DNA from: Erysipelotrichaceae bacterium
GTDB lineage: Bacteria; Bacillota_I; Bacilli_A; Erysipelotrichales; Erysipelotrichaceae
Length of the DNA: 64,000 nucleotides
Assembly (NCBI GenBank): GCA_030531215.1
Contig: JAUNNY010000004.1
Span: 18,794-82,793, forward strand
Reading direction: 5' to 3'
This document shows positions 55,228-63,940 of this stretch, one piece after another. The notes under the pieces are model-generated. The model ran no database searches and was not told the DNA's origin. It worked only from the letters and a program-made list of their open reading frames with translations. The stretch's first letter is position 1, and every line of letters starts with the position of its first letter. A program made the translations under genes and the position numbers.

Positions 55228-57012
55228 CTATAATTCGTTTTCTAATTTTTGCAAATAAACCATCTTCTTATAAGTTGGAGATGTTTTGAGCAAATCGTCA
55301 GGTTTTCCAAAGGCTTCAACTTTTCCAGCGTTAAGAACCAGTATTTTATCTAATGAAGATACGGTGGATACTCTAGATGCAATAATGATTGTGGTTTTGC
55401 CTTTTCGCTTTTCCTTTATGTTATTTAATATCGTTTCTTCTGTTTTCACATCAACCGCTGAAACAGAATCATCCAAAATCATAATTGGCGAATCTTTTAT
55501 ATATGCTCTTGCTATAGATATTCTTTGTTTTTGACCACCTGATAAAGCGACTCCTCTTTCACCAGTCATTGTGTAGTATCCTTCTGGGAATTCTTTGATA
55601 TTATCATCTACAGCCGCAAATATCGCAGCTTCTTTTACTTTATTCACTTCAACTTTTTCATTTGAAAAAATAATATTGTTTTTTATATCATCTGAAAATA
55701 AAAAATTATCTTGAGGAACGTAAGCAATGTTTTCTCTCAAACTGTTTATATCGATATCCATTAAATCAATATCATCAATATAGATACACTCTTTGTCTAT
55801 ATTGTATAGATGCAACAATGAATTAACTAAAGTTGTTTTTCCTGAGCCAATTTTACCAACAATTCCAACCATTTCACCTGGAAGAATTTCAAAAGATATT
55901 TTATCCAAAATTATTTTGTCTTTCTTGGGATAGACAAAGCTAAAATTATTGAATGTGATTTTGCCTTTGCAATCAATTAATCTCGTTGCATTAGAACTTG
56001 AAGCGATTTCTTCTTCTTCGTTTAAAAAGTGAACGATTCTTATTAAACTTGCTTTAAAGCGAGAATGCATCTGCAAAATTTGCCCCATGGCTATCATTGG
56101 CCAAATTAATATGTCAACATATCCAATGAAAGCTATGAGCTGGCTAATGGTTAATGAAACTTGCCTGCCTAAAAAGAAAACGGGATTATTGATAGAATTT
56201 CGATATACAAAATATGATCCAAAGCCAAGCACCATACTCATTGCAATGCCGATAATAAGTTCAATACACACATCAAAAGAAATTGATAGATTTGCGAATT
56301 CTAAATTCTTGTCGCTATTTTCTTGTGCTATTCTTTTGAATGCTTTTTGTTCTTGCTTTTCCTTTACAAAAGCTTTTATAACACGAATTCCAGTGAAATT
56401 TTCTTGAGTAAAATCATATAGTTTATCATAATATCGTTGTTTTTCTTCCCACTTATCAGACATAGTTTTTTCAACTTTATTACCCCATACAATTAGTGCC
56501 AACATCGGAATAATTGCAATAACGCTTAATGTATAATCTAAAGAGCACATCTTATAAATTGCTAAAGATGAAAGAAATATAGCATCTACCATCATAATAG
56601 TGCCCCAACCGGTAAATTCTTCGACAGCTTCTAAATCACTAGAAAACCACGACATGATAGTACCGACCTTATTTTCATGATAGTATCTTTGCGATAATCT
56701 TTCGGCTTTTGTAAACATATCATGTCTTATTCCGGCTTCAATTTTTTGTGATGCAGGCATTATAGCTACTCTAAAAAGAATTCTTCCAACAAACAAAATA
56801 AAAGCTACAACAATAACCTTAACTACAATATCTTTTATATCAGCATATACAACGTTATTATTACTAGATACAATTTCAACAATCGAACTTAAAAATTCCG
56901 GAATATATAATTGAGTGATATCAACTATAATATCAGCTAATACACCCAAAATTAACAATCCGGAAAATTTAAAATAATAGTTTTTTATATACTTTTTATA
57001 ATTCATATACAA
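55228..57012 (-). CDS. ABC exporter, fused permease/ATPase (heterodimer half A)
   Basis: 594 aa. Walker A GKIGSGKTT, LSGGQKQR, ILDDSVSAVD. Abuts its partner with no gap. Confidence 0.9.
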   Translation of the reverse strand: MYMNYKKYIKNYYFKFSGLLILGVLADIIVDITQLYIPEFLSSIVEIVSSNNNVVYADIKDIVVKVIVVAFILFVGRILFRVAIMPASQKIEAGIRHDMFTKAERLSQRYYHENKVGTIMSWFSSDLEAVEEFTGWGTIMMVDAIFLSSLAIYKMCSLDYTLSVIAIIPMLALIVWGNKVEKTMSDKWEEKQRYYDKLYDFTQENFTGIRVIKAFVKEKQEQKAFKRIAQENSDKNLEFANLSISFDVCIELIIGIAMSMVLGFGSYFVYRNSINNPVFFLGRQVSLTISQLIAFIGYVDILIWPMIAMGQILQMHSRFKASLIRIVHFLNEEEEIASSSNATRLIDCKGKITFNNFSFVYPKKDKIILDKISFEILPGEMVGIVGKIGSGKTTLVNSLLHLYNIDKECIYIDDIDLMDIDINSLRENIAYVPQDNFLFSDDIKNNIIFSNEKVEVNKVKEAAIFAAVDDNIKEFPEGYYTMTGERGVALSGGQKQRISIARAYIKDSPIMILDDSVSAVDVKTEETILNNIKEKRKGKTTIIIASRVSTVSSLDKILVLNAGKVEAFGKPDDLLKTSPTYKKMVYLQKLENEL

Positions 57013-57039
57013 GATATATTATGCAACATGTTTAAGCAC

Positions 57040-57069
57040 AAAAAAAGAAGCACTGCTTTGCAGTGCTTC
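57040..57069 (-). terminator. terminator after the BI-1 family gene
   Basis: Minus strand GAAGCACTGC-AAA-GCAGTGCTTC followed by TTTTTTTG. Confidence 0.85.
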
Positions 57070-57077
57070 ACAATTAA

Positions 57078-57770
57078 TTAGTCTCTTCTTTTTCCAAAGA
57101 TACTTAGTACTCTTAAGAACAAATTAATGAAATCTAGATACAACTGGAAAGCACCCATAATCATCATTTTTTCTTGCATCTCTGAATCATATAAACCAGC
57201 ACTATAGAAATCTCTCAATCGTTGAACATCCATCGCAATCAATACAAGGAAAATAATAACCATTGCATATGTGATTAATAAATCAGTAGTAGAAGAATGG
57301 AAGATTAAAGTATTTAATAACGAAACAACAATTAATACTGTTAAGCCAATGAATACATAAGAACTGAATTTTGTTAAATCAACATTTGTTGTCTTTCCAA
57401 TGATGGCCATGCAGATAAATAGAATAGTTGTTGTAGCAAAAGCCATAACAACAGAACCTGCTGTATAGCATAGCAATACAGTACCTAAAGTAAAACCGGT
57501 AACAAATGAATATAAGAAATAACAGATATATGCTGTATTTTTTTGCATCGTAGATAATTTAGCAGTGAAGAAAACAGCGATACCAATTTCAGCAATTAAT
57601 AATATTAATGATGCAACGCTTACAAATGATAAGAATACATAACTCATTGAACATAATACTGATATGCCAACTGATACTATAGTAGATAATAACAAGCCTA
57701 ACGCAACTAGAGTATATGTTTTACTCATATAGTCTTTAAATGAAAGTGAATTTGAATAATAATTAGTCAT
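57078..57770 (-). CDS. Bax inhibitor-1/YccA family membrane protein
   Basis: 230 aa, 7 TMs. C-terminal GAFQLYLDFINLFLRVLSIFG is typical of BI-1. Confidence 0.85.
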   Translation of the reverse strand: MTNYYSNSLSFKDYMSKTYTLVALGLLLSTIVSVGISVLCSMSYVFLSFVSVASLILLIAEIGIAVFFTAKLSTMQKNTAYICYFLYSFVTGFTLGTVLLCYTAGSVVMAFATTTILFICMAIIGKTTNVDLTKFSSYVFIGLTVLIVVSLLNTLIFHSSTTDLLITYAMVIIFLVLIAMDVQRLRDFYSAGLYDSEMQEKMMIMGAFQLYLDFINLFLRVLSIFGKRRD

Positions 57771-57830
57771 TTATATTCCTCCTTTTTCCTTAACACTAAT
57801 TGTATTTTATTTTTTTTAAATAGCAAACTG

Positions 57831-59522
57831 TTATAACTTTGAATCATCTATCTTGTCTAATTCTTCTTCCATTTTTTTAACAACATCAATTAGACATCCC
57901 TCTTCAAACGGAACTTTTAAATTAGCTATTTTGACTTGTTCAACAAATGATTTCGTTCCACCTAATTTACAGATTTTTACATAGTCACTCCATGCGTTTT
58001 TGTCGTTGTTTAAAATTCTAGTATAGAATTGCAATGCGCACACTTGTGCTAATGTGTAGTCGATGTAATAGAAAGGTGTTTGGAAGATATGCCCTTGGCG
58101 ATAAAAATAACCACCTCTTTCCAATAGTGGAAATTCTTCATAGTCGATATCTGGATAATAAATTTTTTCTAACCTACGCCAAGTGGCTTTTCTTTCTTCC
58201 TTACTCATTTCAGGGTGATTGAACACTTCGTGTTGGAAATGATCAACTAAACATCCATATGGCAAGAAAGTCAAACTATCACAAATATGAAGATAATGAT
58301 ATTTGTCAGCATCTTGCTTAAAGAACAGTTTTGACCATGGATGTGCAAAAAATTCCATAGACATAGAATGAATTTCGGCTGTTTCCATTGTTCCAAAATC
58401 TAATTCAGGAATTGAAACTTCCTTCATAGTCATATAAGCTTGAAAAGCATGTCCTGCTTCATGAGTCAAAGTATCAACGTCCTGACTGGTACCATTTGAA
58501 TTTGCAAAGATAAACGGAACGCAATAATCATAAATGCCTATACAATATCCACCCATTTCTTTATTAGGACGTGTAGGCAAATCAAAAAGCTCTTGTTCAA
58601 CCATTGTTTCAAAGAAAACTTTGGTCTCTTCAGACATTTCAGAGTACATCGTCTTTGCAGCCAAAACTAAATCATCAATACTGCCTTGGGGCTTTGGATT
58701 ACCAGTTTTAAACTTGTAATTTAAGTCATAACATTCTATTTTTTCTAGGCCCAATCTCTTTGCTTGTTTTTGTCTTATTTTTATTGCTATAGGAACAACA
58801 TCTTTTACGACCTGTTCTCGATACATCGCAACCATTTTTTCATCATAATCTAGTCTGTCCATTCTAATATAGCCAAGTTCTACATAATTTTTGTAGCCTA
58901 GTTTTTTAGCTATCTTATCTCTTAATTTAACAAGCTTGTCATAGATTTCATCAAATTGGTTTTCGTTGTCTTCGTAAAATTTGATGAATGCTTTCATAGC
59001 ATTCTTCCTAGTTTCACGATCTTCATCCATTATTAACGATTCAATAGAAGAAAGATTGTATGTTTCTCCATTAAATTCTATTTTGGCTCCTGCTTTTAAT
59101 TTTCCATATTCGCTAACCAACTTGTTTTCTTCTTGAAGATCTTCAATTATGGCTGGAGAAAATTGTTTTTTCTGATTCTCTAGTAATTTAAAGTATGTTT
59201 TAGGAATGTTTAGTTCATTTTTAAAAGAACAATTCAAGATTATATCGGACATCTTTACTTCATATTCTTGCATCACTGGGCCAATATTATCCCAATACTC
59301 ATTTTCCTTATCATAATATTCATTAGATGTGTCTATGCTATGTCTAACGGCGCATAATATCTGCATAGTAAACATGTGACCTCTAAACTTATTGAAACTA
59401 TTAAAAGTTTCCATAAATGACTTTGAATCATTAGCTTTTGATAAAAGCATTAAATGTGTTTCATAATTATCTTTAAGATATTTTTCATCTAAATGTTCAT
59501 ATTCAAATTCATTAAATTTCAT
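57831..59522 (-). CDS. M3 family oligoendopeptidase
   Basis: 563 aa with HEAGHAF (HExxH) and a downstream Glu ligand region. Confidence 0.85.
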   Translation of the reverse strand: MKFNEFEYEHLDEKYLKDNYETHLMLLSKANDSKSFMETFNSFNKFRGHMFTMQILCAVRHSIDTSNEYYDKENEYWDNIGPVMQEYEVKMSDIILNCSFKNELNIPKTYFKLLENQKKQFSPAIIEDLQEENKLVSEYGKLKAGAKIEFNGETYNLSSIESLIMDEDRETRKNAMKAFIKFYEDNENQFDEIYDKLVKLRDKIAKKLGYKNYVELGYIRMDRLDYDEKMVAMYREQVVKDVVPIAIKIRQKQAKRLGLEKIECYDLNYKFKTGNPKPQGSIDDLVLAAKTMYSEMSEETKVFFETMVEQELFDLPTRPNKEMGGYCIGIYDYCVPFIFANSNGTSQDVDTLTHEAGHAFQAYMTMKEVSIPELDFGTMETAEIHSMSMEFFAHPWSKLFFKQDADKYHYLHICDSLTFLPYGCLVDHFQHEVFNHPEMSKEERKATWRRLEKIYYPDIDYEEFPLLERGGYFYRQGHIFQTPFYYIDYTLAQVCALQFYTRILNNDKNAWSDYVKICKLGGTKSFVEQVKIANLKVPFEEGCLIDVVKKMEEELDKIDDSKL

Positions 59523-60220
59523 TTTTTCTCCTCAATTAATTTTTCAAATACTATTGATGCAATATATAAACCTACACTTCCTACCACAAATATCGATGAA
59601 CCTAAAGGATATTTTTCTTTATTGGTGTTTCCTTCGCACACCACATTTGTTTTGATTGCGGTTGAGTCACAATACACGACATCTATCTTCCTTTTATAAT
59701 TTTCTTTTTTAACAAGGGCTCTAAACGCCTTTGCTAAAGCATCGTTTCTTGTCTTGTCTAGAGTTGTATGTTTGATATTTTCGGGTTTAATTCTTTTGGC
59801 ACTTCCTAAGCTGCTTATTATTGGCAAATCTAATTCATGGCACATTTTTACCAATGCAAATTTACTAGTCAATGTATCGATGCAATCTACCACGTAATCA
59901 CATTTTGGAATCTTGGTGTTTTGATCAATGAAAACATTTTTATATACGATTTTACAATTAGATATTTCTTTTAGATGTTTTGCTAATGCTTCAACTTTTA
60001 TTTCTCCAATATTAGCCTTGTTTACCATTAATTGTCTATTAACGTTTGAAGAATCTATTACATCATAATCATATAGAATTAATGTACCTACACCAGATCT
60101 AGCTAAGGCTTCAGCAACAAAACTACCTACACCACCAACGCCAGCTATCAAAACGGTCTTAGTTTTTAAAATTGCTATCTTTTCTTTTCCAACTAAATAT
60201 TCAAGTCTACTTAAATCCAT
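59519..60220 (-). CDS. tcdA: ThiF-family tRNA threonylcarbamoyladenosine dehydratase (TcdA-like)
   Basis: 233 aa. Rossmann GVGGVGS and DYDVIDSSNVNRQ, typical of TcdA/CsdL. Confidence 0.7.
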   Translation of the reverse strand: MDLSRLEYLVGKEKIAILKTKTVLIAGVGGVGSFVAEALARSGVGTLILYDYDVIDSSNVNRQLMVNKANIGEIKVEALAKHLKEISNCKIVYKNVFIDQNTKIPKCDYVVDCIDTLTSKFALVKMCHELDLPIISSLGSAKRIKPENIKHTTLDKTRNDALAKAFRALVKKENYKRKIDVVYCDSTAIKTNVVCEGNTNKEKYPLGSSIFVVGSVGLYIASIVFEKLIEEKK

Positions 60221-61092
60221 TGTTCAACCCTCTTATATGCTTTGCTTTTATCTTCAAACCATTCAACATTTAATTGATTTTTGAAATATGTATACTGTCT
60301 TTTCGCAAAATGGTGTGAGTTTGTTTTAACATCATTCACACATTCTTCTAAAGTTTTTTCTTTATCAAAATAAGCTTTAAACTCTTTGTATCCTATCCCC
60401 GTCATTGATTGATTTGAAAAGTCTATTCCTGTATCAAGCAAATTTTTAATTTCATTTATTAGCCCATCTTCCATCATTTGATCAACACGAGAATCTATCT
60501 TCTTATATAAATTTTCTCTTGAACATGTTAAGCCGATTATTAAAGAATCGTACAAACATTTATGTTCTTGAGAATCTTTTATTTCGCTTATTCCGATTTT
60601 ATGTTTTTCATAGATGTTTAATGCACGAACTAATCTTTTTCTATTGTTGACATGTATTTTATCTAAAGCTCTTGGATCCTTTTCCATCAACATATTATAT
60701 AATTCTTGATTTGTGAATTCTTCGTATTGATTATCTTCTTCCTCTTCTTCAAAGAATTCAAAATCAAACAAACACGCTTTTATGTATAGTCCTGTTCCTC
60801 CAACAATAATAGGTAATTTCCCTCTACAACTAATATCTTCTATTAATTGTCTTGCTTTATCTTGAAATTGCTTAACAGAGTAATTCTCATCAGGATTTTT
60901 GATATCTATTAAATGATGTTTACATTCATTTAATTCTTCTTTAGTTGCCTTACCTGAACCTATATCTAAGCCTTTATATATTTGAATTGAGTCTCCAGAT
61001 ATAATTTCGCCATTAAAAGCTTTAGCGCACTCAATTCCAAATGATGTTTTACCTATAGCTGTTGGTCCGACAATAGTTAATACTTTTTGCAT
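60211..61092 (-). CDS. miaA: tRNA dimethylallyltransferase
   Basis: 293 aa. P-loop GPTAIGKTS, DSIQIYKGLDIGSGK, HHLID. Confidence 0.9.
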   Translation of the reverse strand: MQKVLTIVGPTAIGKTSFGIECAKAFNGEIISGDSIQIYKGLDIGSGKATKEELNECKHHLIDIKNPDENYSVKQFQDKARQLIEDISCRGKLPIIVGGTGLYIKACLFDFEFFEEEEEDNQYEEFTNQELYNMLMEKDPRALDKIHVNNRKRLVRALNIYEKHKIGISEIKDSQEHKCLYDSLIIGLTCSRENLYKKIDSRVDQMMEDGLINEIKNLLDTGIDFSNQSMTGIGYKEFKAYFDKEKTLEECVNDVKTNSHHFAKRQYTYFKNQLNVEWFEDKSKAYKRVEQWI

Positions 61093-61124
61093 ATTTAAAT
61101 TGTATCAAAGAAAGCGGATACTAA

Positions 61125-61790
61125 TTAGTATCCACTCGCATAATTAAACGTTTCTTTTTTATTTGGCGTTTTGTTGGCACTCCAATATGATATTGAATCA
61201 GAAACTTTATCACCTACAACTTTTTCAACTTTTACAATGTAACCATGAAACAAATCATAATTATTATAATTTCCTTGAAGAACATATCCATTTGCGTAAG
61301 TTCCGAAATAGTTTTGTGCTTTATCAGTATCGATAAGAAATTCTATCACTGAACCATCATATCTTTGATAACATCCACCATATACATCGCCATCGGCCTT
61401 ACTCTCAGCTTTGACTAAAGGGATTACAATTCCTGAATCGAGCGTGAAATAATAACGATCACCTATATTACCATAATAGGAACCCAAAGCAACTGCTATA
61501 AACCCATCTTTATCATAAAGAAATCCTGTTTCATCAACATATAAATTATTTCTTATAAAACGATATTGAACGGAAGAAGTATCTGAAGTAAGACGATAAT
61601 CCATATATGTTTTCACATCATTACTTGAACAGATATCTATTTCTTCACATTCAAATTCTTTTTGATAATTATATAAATCGTTTATATCAAAAGCGATATT
61701 TTCTTCATCATATGAATAAAAAGTAAACCCGCTCAACAAAATAAGTGCAAAGAATATGTAAATAATTTTTTTTCTTTTATTTAGCGACAT
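61125..61790 (-). CDS. hypothetical membrane-anchored extracellular protein (221 aa)
   Basis: N-terminal TM/signal anchor followed by a Tyr/Gly/Asp-rich beta-looking domain. No family recognised. Confidence 0.65.
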   Translation of the reverse strand: MSLNKRKKIIYIFFALILLSGFTFYSYDEENIAFDINDLYNYQKEFECEEIDICSSNDVKTYMDYRLTSDTSSVQYRFIRNNLYVDETGFLYDKDGFIAVALGSYYGNIGDRYYFTLDSGIVIPLVKAESKADGDVYGGCYQRYDGSVIEFLIDTDKAQNYFGTYANGYVLQGNYNNYDLFHGYIVKVEKVVGDKVSDSISYWSANKTPNKKETFNYASGY

Positions 61791-61826
61791 AGTTAAATTT
61801 TATCATTAAACTAATAAATCTTTTAA

Positions 61827-61855
61827 TTGAAAACGTTTTCATGAATATGTAATAT
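61827..61855 (+). promoter_or_regulatory. promoter TTGAAA-17-TAATAT overlapped by a perfect cre-type palindrome TGAAAACGTTTTCA
   Basis: Palindrome at 61828-61841 matches all constrained positions of the B. subtilis cre consensus TGWNANCGNTNWCA. It covers the -35/spacer of the Na/Pi cotransporter promoter. Confidence 0.55.
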
Positions 61856-61907
61856 CAAAAACGATATTTCATTTGATAAAATTTAATTGTAATGGGGGTT
61901 ACAAATT

Positions 61908-63530
61908 ATGCACCTATCTGACATTTCTTGGGACTTGTTTCTTTGTGGTTTAGGCTTATTCCTGTTTGGCGTTGTTTTAATGGGCGGAGGGCTTAAATCT
62001 CTTGCCGGAAATAGATTAAAAGATTTAATTAGCAAATATACCTCTAAACCTCTTCAAGGAATTTTGGTTGGTGCTGGACTTACAGCATTAGTTCAATCTT
62101 CAAGTGCAACTACTGCAATTGTTATCGGTTTTATTCGTGCTGGATTAATGAATCTACATCAGGCTGCTGGTGTTATCATTGGTGCCAATATCGGTTCGAC
62201 TGTTACCTCATTTTTACTAAGTTTAAATATTTCGGGTTTAGCGCCATACATGATTGTTGTCGGCGCTTTTGTTTTGCTTCTATCTAAAGATAAGAAAGCA
62301 AATGATATCGGCAGTATCCTTGTTGGTTTAGGAATGCTGTTCTATGGCATCGATTTAATTGGTGACACATTATCTCATCTAAGTGAAGTTAAAGAGTTTA
62401 CTTCTTTAGCAAATCTTTGTGCCAATAATCCGTTTGTCGGTTTAGCTATAGGCTTGATAATGACCGTAGCAATGCAAGCTTCATCGGCAGCAATCGGTGT
62501 TATACAAGTTATATTTGAAACAGGAGCTATCTCATTAGCTGCTGTTATTCCGTTTTTATTTGGCTCAAACATCGGAACGTGTATTACTGCCATAATGACT
62601 TCAATTGGTGGTAATCCTGCCTCTAAACAAGCCGCTGTTTTGCATACAACATTTAACGTTATTGGCACTACTATCGGAATGCTATGTTTAACACCGCTGA
62701 CAAAATTTGTTACCGCGTTGAATATAAATCCAATGATGCAAATTTCAGTTACTCACATTATTTTCAATGTCGCGACGACAATTTTAGTATTCCCATTTAT
62801 TAATCATTTATGCAAATTTGCTGAGTTAGTAATAAAGGAAGATAAATCAAAGAAAAAGAATATCGACTTATCAAATCTGGATCCAACTTTATTCCCGGTC
62901 GCTTCTGCTGCATTGACTGTTGCATATAAGTACATCATCCAAGAAAAAGATTTAGTTTTAGAAAATTGTCAGTTAGTTGAAAAAGATCTTCTTAATCCTG
63001 AAAAAGATGATGATTTAGTTGAAGAAATTACAAGTAATGAAGAAATTATAAACAAGATAGATAAATCGTTAACTAAGTTCTTGACTGATATCAAGACTGA
63101 TACATTATCAGATGACACTAATAAACTTCAAATCATTTATCTAGATATCAATAAAAATTTAGAGAGAATTGGAGACATGGCTATCAATATTTTGGATATG
63201 TCCAAAATGATAAAAGAAGACAAGGGAGATTTTACTCCGGCTGCTGTCGAAGAAATATCTTCGATGTTTAATACCTTGTACGAAATGACCGAGATTGCAT
63301 TTAAGTATGTTGACACAAAGTCTATGGATGATTATGGTGAATTAGTGGTCAAAGAAGACCACATGGATTTGTTAGAAGAACAATCAAGATCTAATCATTT
63401 TGAAAGAATGAAGAGACGTGAATGTAAATCTCCAGTTGCTTCTTCGCTATATGTTGATATTGTTTATAATTTGGAACGTATGGCTGATCATAGTTACAAT
63501 ATAGCTAAAACGGTTTTTAATAAACAATAA
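61908..63530 (+). CDS. Na/Pi cotransporter family protein with C-terminal PhoU-like repeats
   Basis: 540 aa. Duplicated QSSSATT/QASSAAIG transport motifs, then a helical PhoU-like domain. Confidence 0.85.
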   Translation: MHLSDISWDLFLCGLGLFLFGVVLMGGGLKSLAGNRLKDLISKYTSKPLQGILVGAGLTALVQSSSATTAIVIGFIRAGLMNLHQAAGVIIGANIGSTVTSFLLSLNISGLAPYMIVVGAFVLLLSKDKKANDIGSILVGLGMLFYGIDLIGDTLSHLSEVKEFTSLANLCANNPFVGLAIGLIMTVAMQASSAAIGVIQVIFETGAISLAAVIPFLFGSNIGTCITAIMTSIGGNPASKQAAVLHTTFNVIGTTIGMLCLTPLTKFVTALNINPMMQISVTHIIFNVATTILVFPFINHLCKFAELVIKEDKSKKKNIDLSNLDPTLFPVASAALTVAYKYIIQEKDLVLENCQLVEKDLLNPEKDDDLVEEITSNEEIINKIDKSLTKFLTDIKTDTLSDDTNKLQIIYLDINKNLERIGDMAINILDMSKMIKEDKGDFTPAAVEEISSMFNTLYEMTEIAFKYVDTKSMDDYGELVVKEDHMDLLEEQSRSNHFERMKRRECKSPVASSLYVDIVYNLERMADHSYNIAKTVFNKQ

Positions 63531-63579
63531 TAATATAAAGCTATAAGTAAAATTCACATAGATATTTGTAAATAAATAT

Positions 63580-63608
63580 TTGACTTTATGGTTTATTTCT
63601 AGTATCAT
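63580..63608 (+). promoter_or_regulatory. promoter of the tRNA-Ile/Ala pair, TTGACT-17-TATCAT
   Basis: -35 at 63580-63585 and -10 at 63603-63608, about 25 nt before tRNA-Ile. Confidence 0.6.
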
Positions 63609-63632
63609 AATGAAGCACGCAAGTTAGAATGT

Positions 63633-63709
63633 GGGCCTGTAGCTCAGGTGGTTAGAGCGCGCCCCTGATAAGGGCGAGGTCGTTAGTTCAAGTCTATTCA
63701 GGCCCACCA
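63633..63709 (+). tRNA. tRNA-Ile (anticodon GAU), CCA encoded
   Basis: Acceptor GGGCCTG/CAGGCCC, anticodon arm CGCCC-CTGATAA-GGGCG. The T-stem GTTAG/CTATT has one U-U mismatch and the T-loop is TTCAAGT. Confidence 0.85.
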
Positions 63710-63742
63710 ATCATAACTTCGTGAACTAACGATGTGAACTAC

Positions 63743-63818
63743 GGGGAATTAGCTCAGTTGGGAGAGCACCTGCTTTGCAAGCAGGGGGTCAGGGGTTCGA
63801 ATCCCCTATTCTCCACCA
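63743..63818 (+). tRNA. tRNA-Ala (anticodon UGC), CCA encoded
   Basis: Acceptor GGGGAAT/ATTCTCC with the G3-U70 identity pair. Anticodon arm CTGCT-TTGCAAG-CAG region, T-arm AGGGG-TTCGAAT-CCCCT. Confidence 0.9.
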
Positions 63819-63821
63819 TTT

Positions 63822-63853
63822 AAAAACGAAAAGAGGCTTTGCCTCTTTTTTTT
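63822..63853. terminator. bidirectional terminator
   Basis: AAGAGGC-TTT-GCCTCTT with an A-run upstream and T8 downstream. Serves tRNA-Ala (+) and whatever is transcribed leftward from the right edge. Confidence 0.8.
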
Positions 63854-63859
63854 CTATTT

Positions 63860-63912
63860 GGTCTTCGACCTCCTGACCACCCTGCTTATACTTTAATGAG
63901 CTAATTCCAACT
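63860..63912 (-). pseudogene. degenerate tRNA-Ala-derived relic (anticodon arm deleted, T-stem unpaired)
   Basis: Minus strand TTGGAATTAGCTCATTAAAGTATAAGCAGGGTGGTCAGGAGGTCGAAGACC. It shares the ordered blocks GGAATTAGCTCA, AAGCAGGG, GGTCAGG and TCGAA with the intact tRNA-Ala at 63743-63818. Confidence 0.5.
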
Positions 63913-63940
63913 CTATTAATAGTTAGCTTTATTCTTTCGT

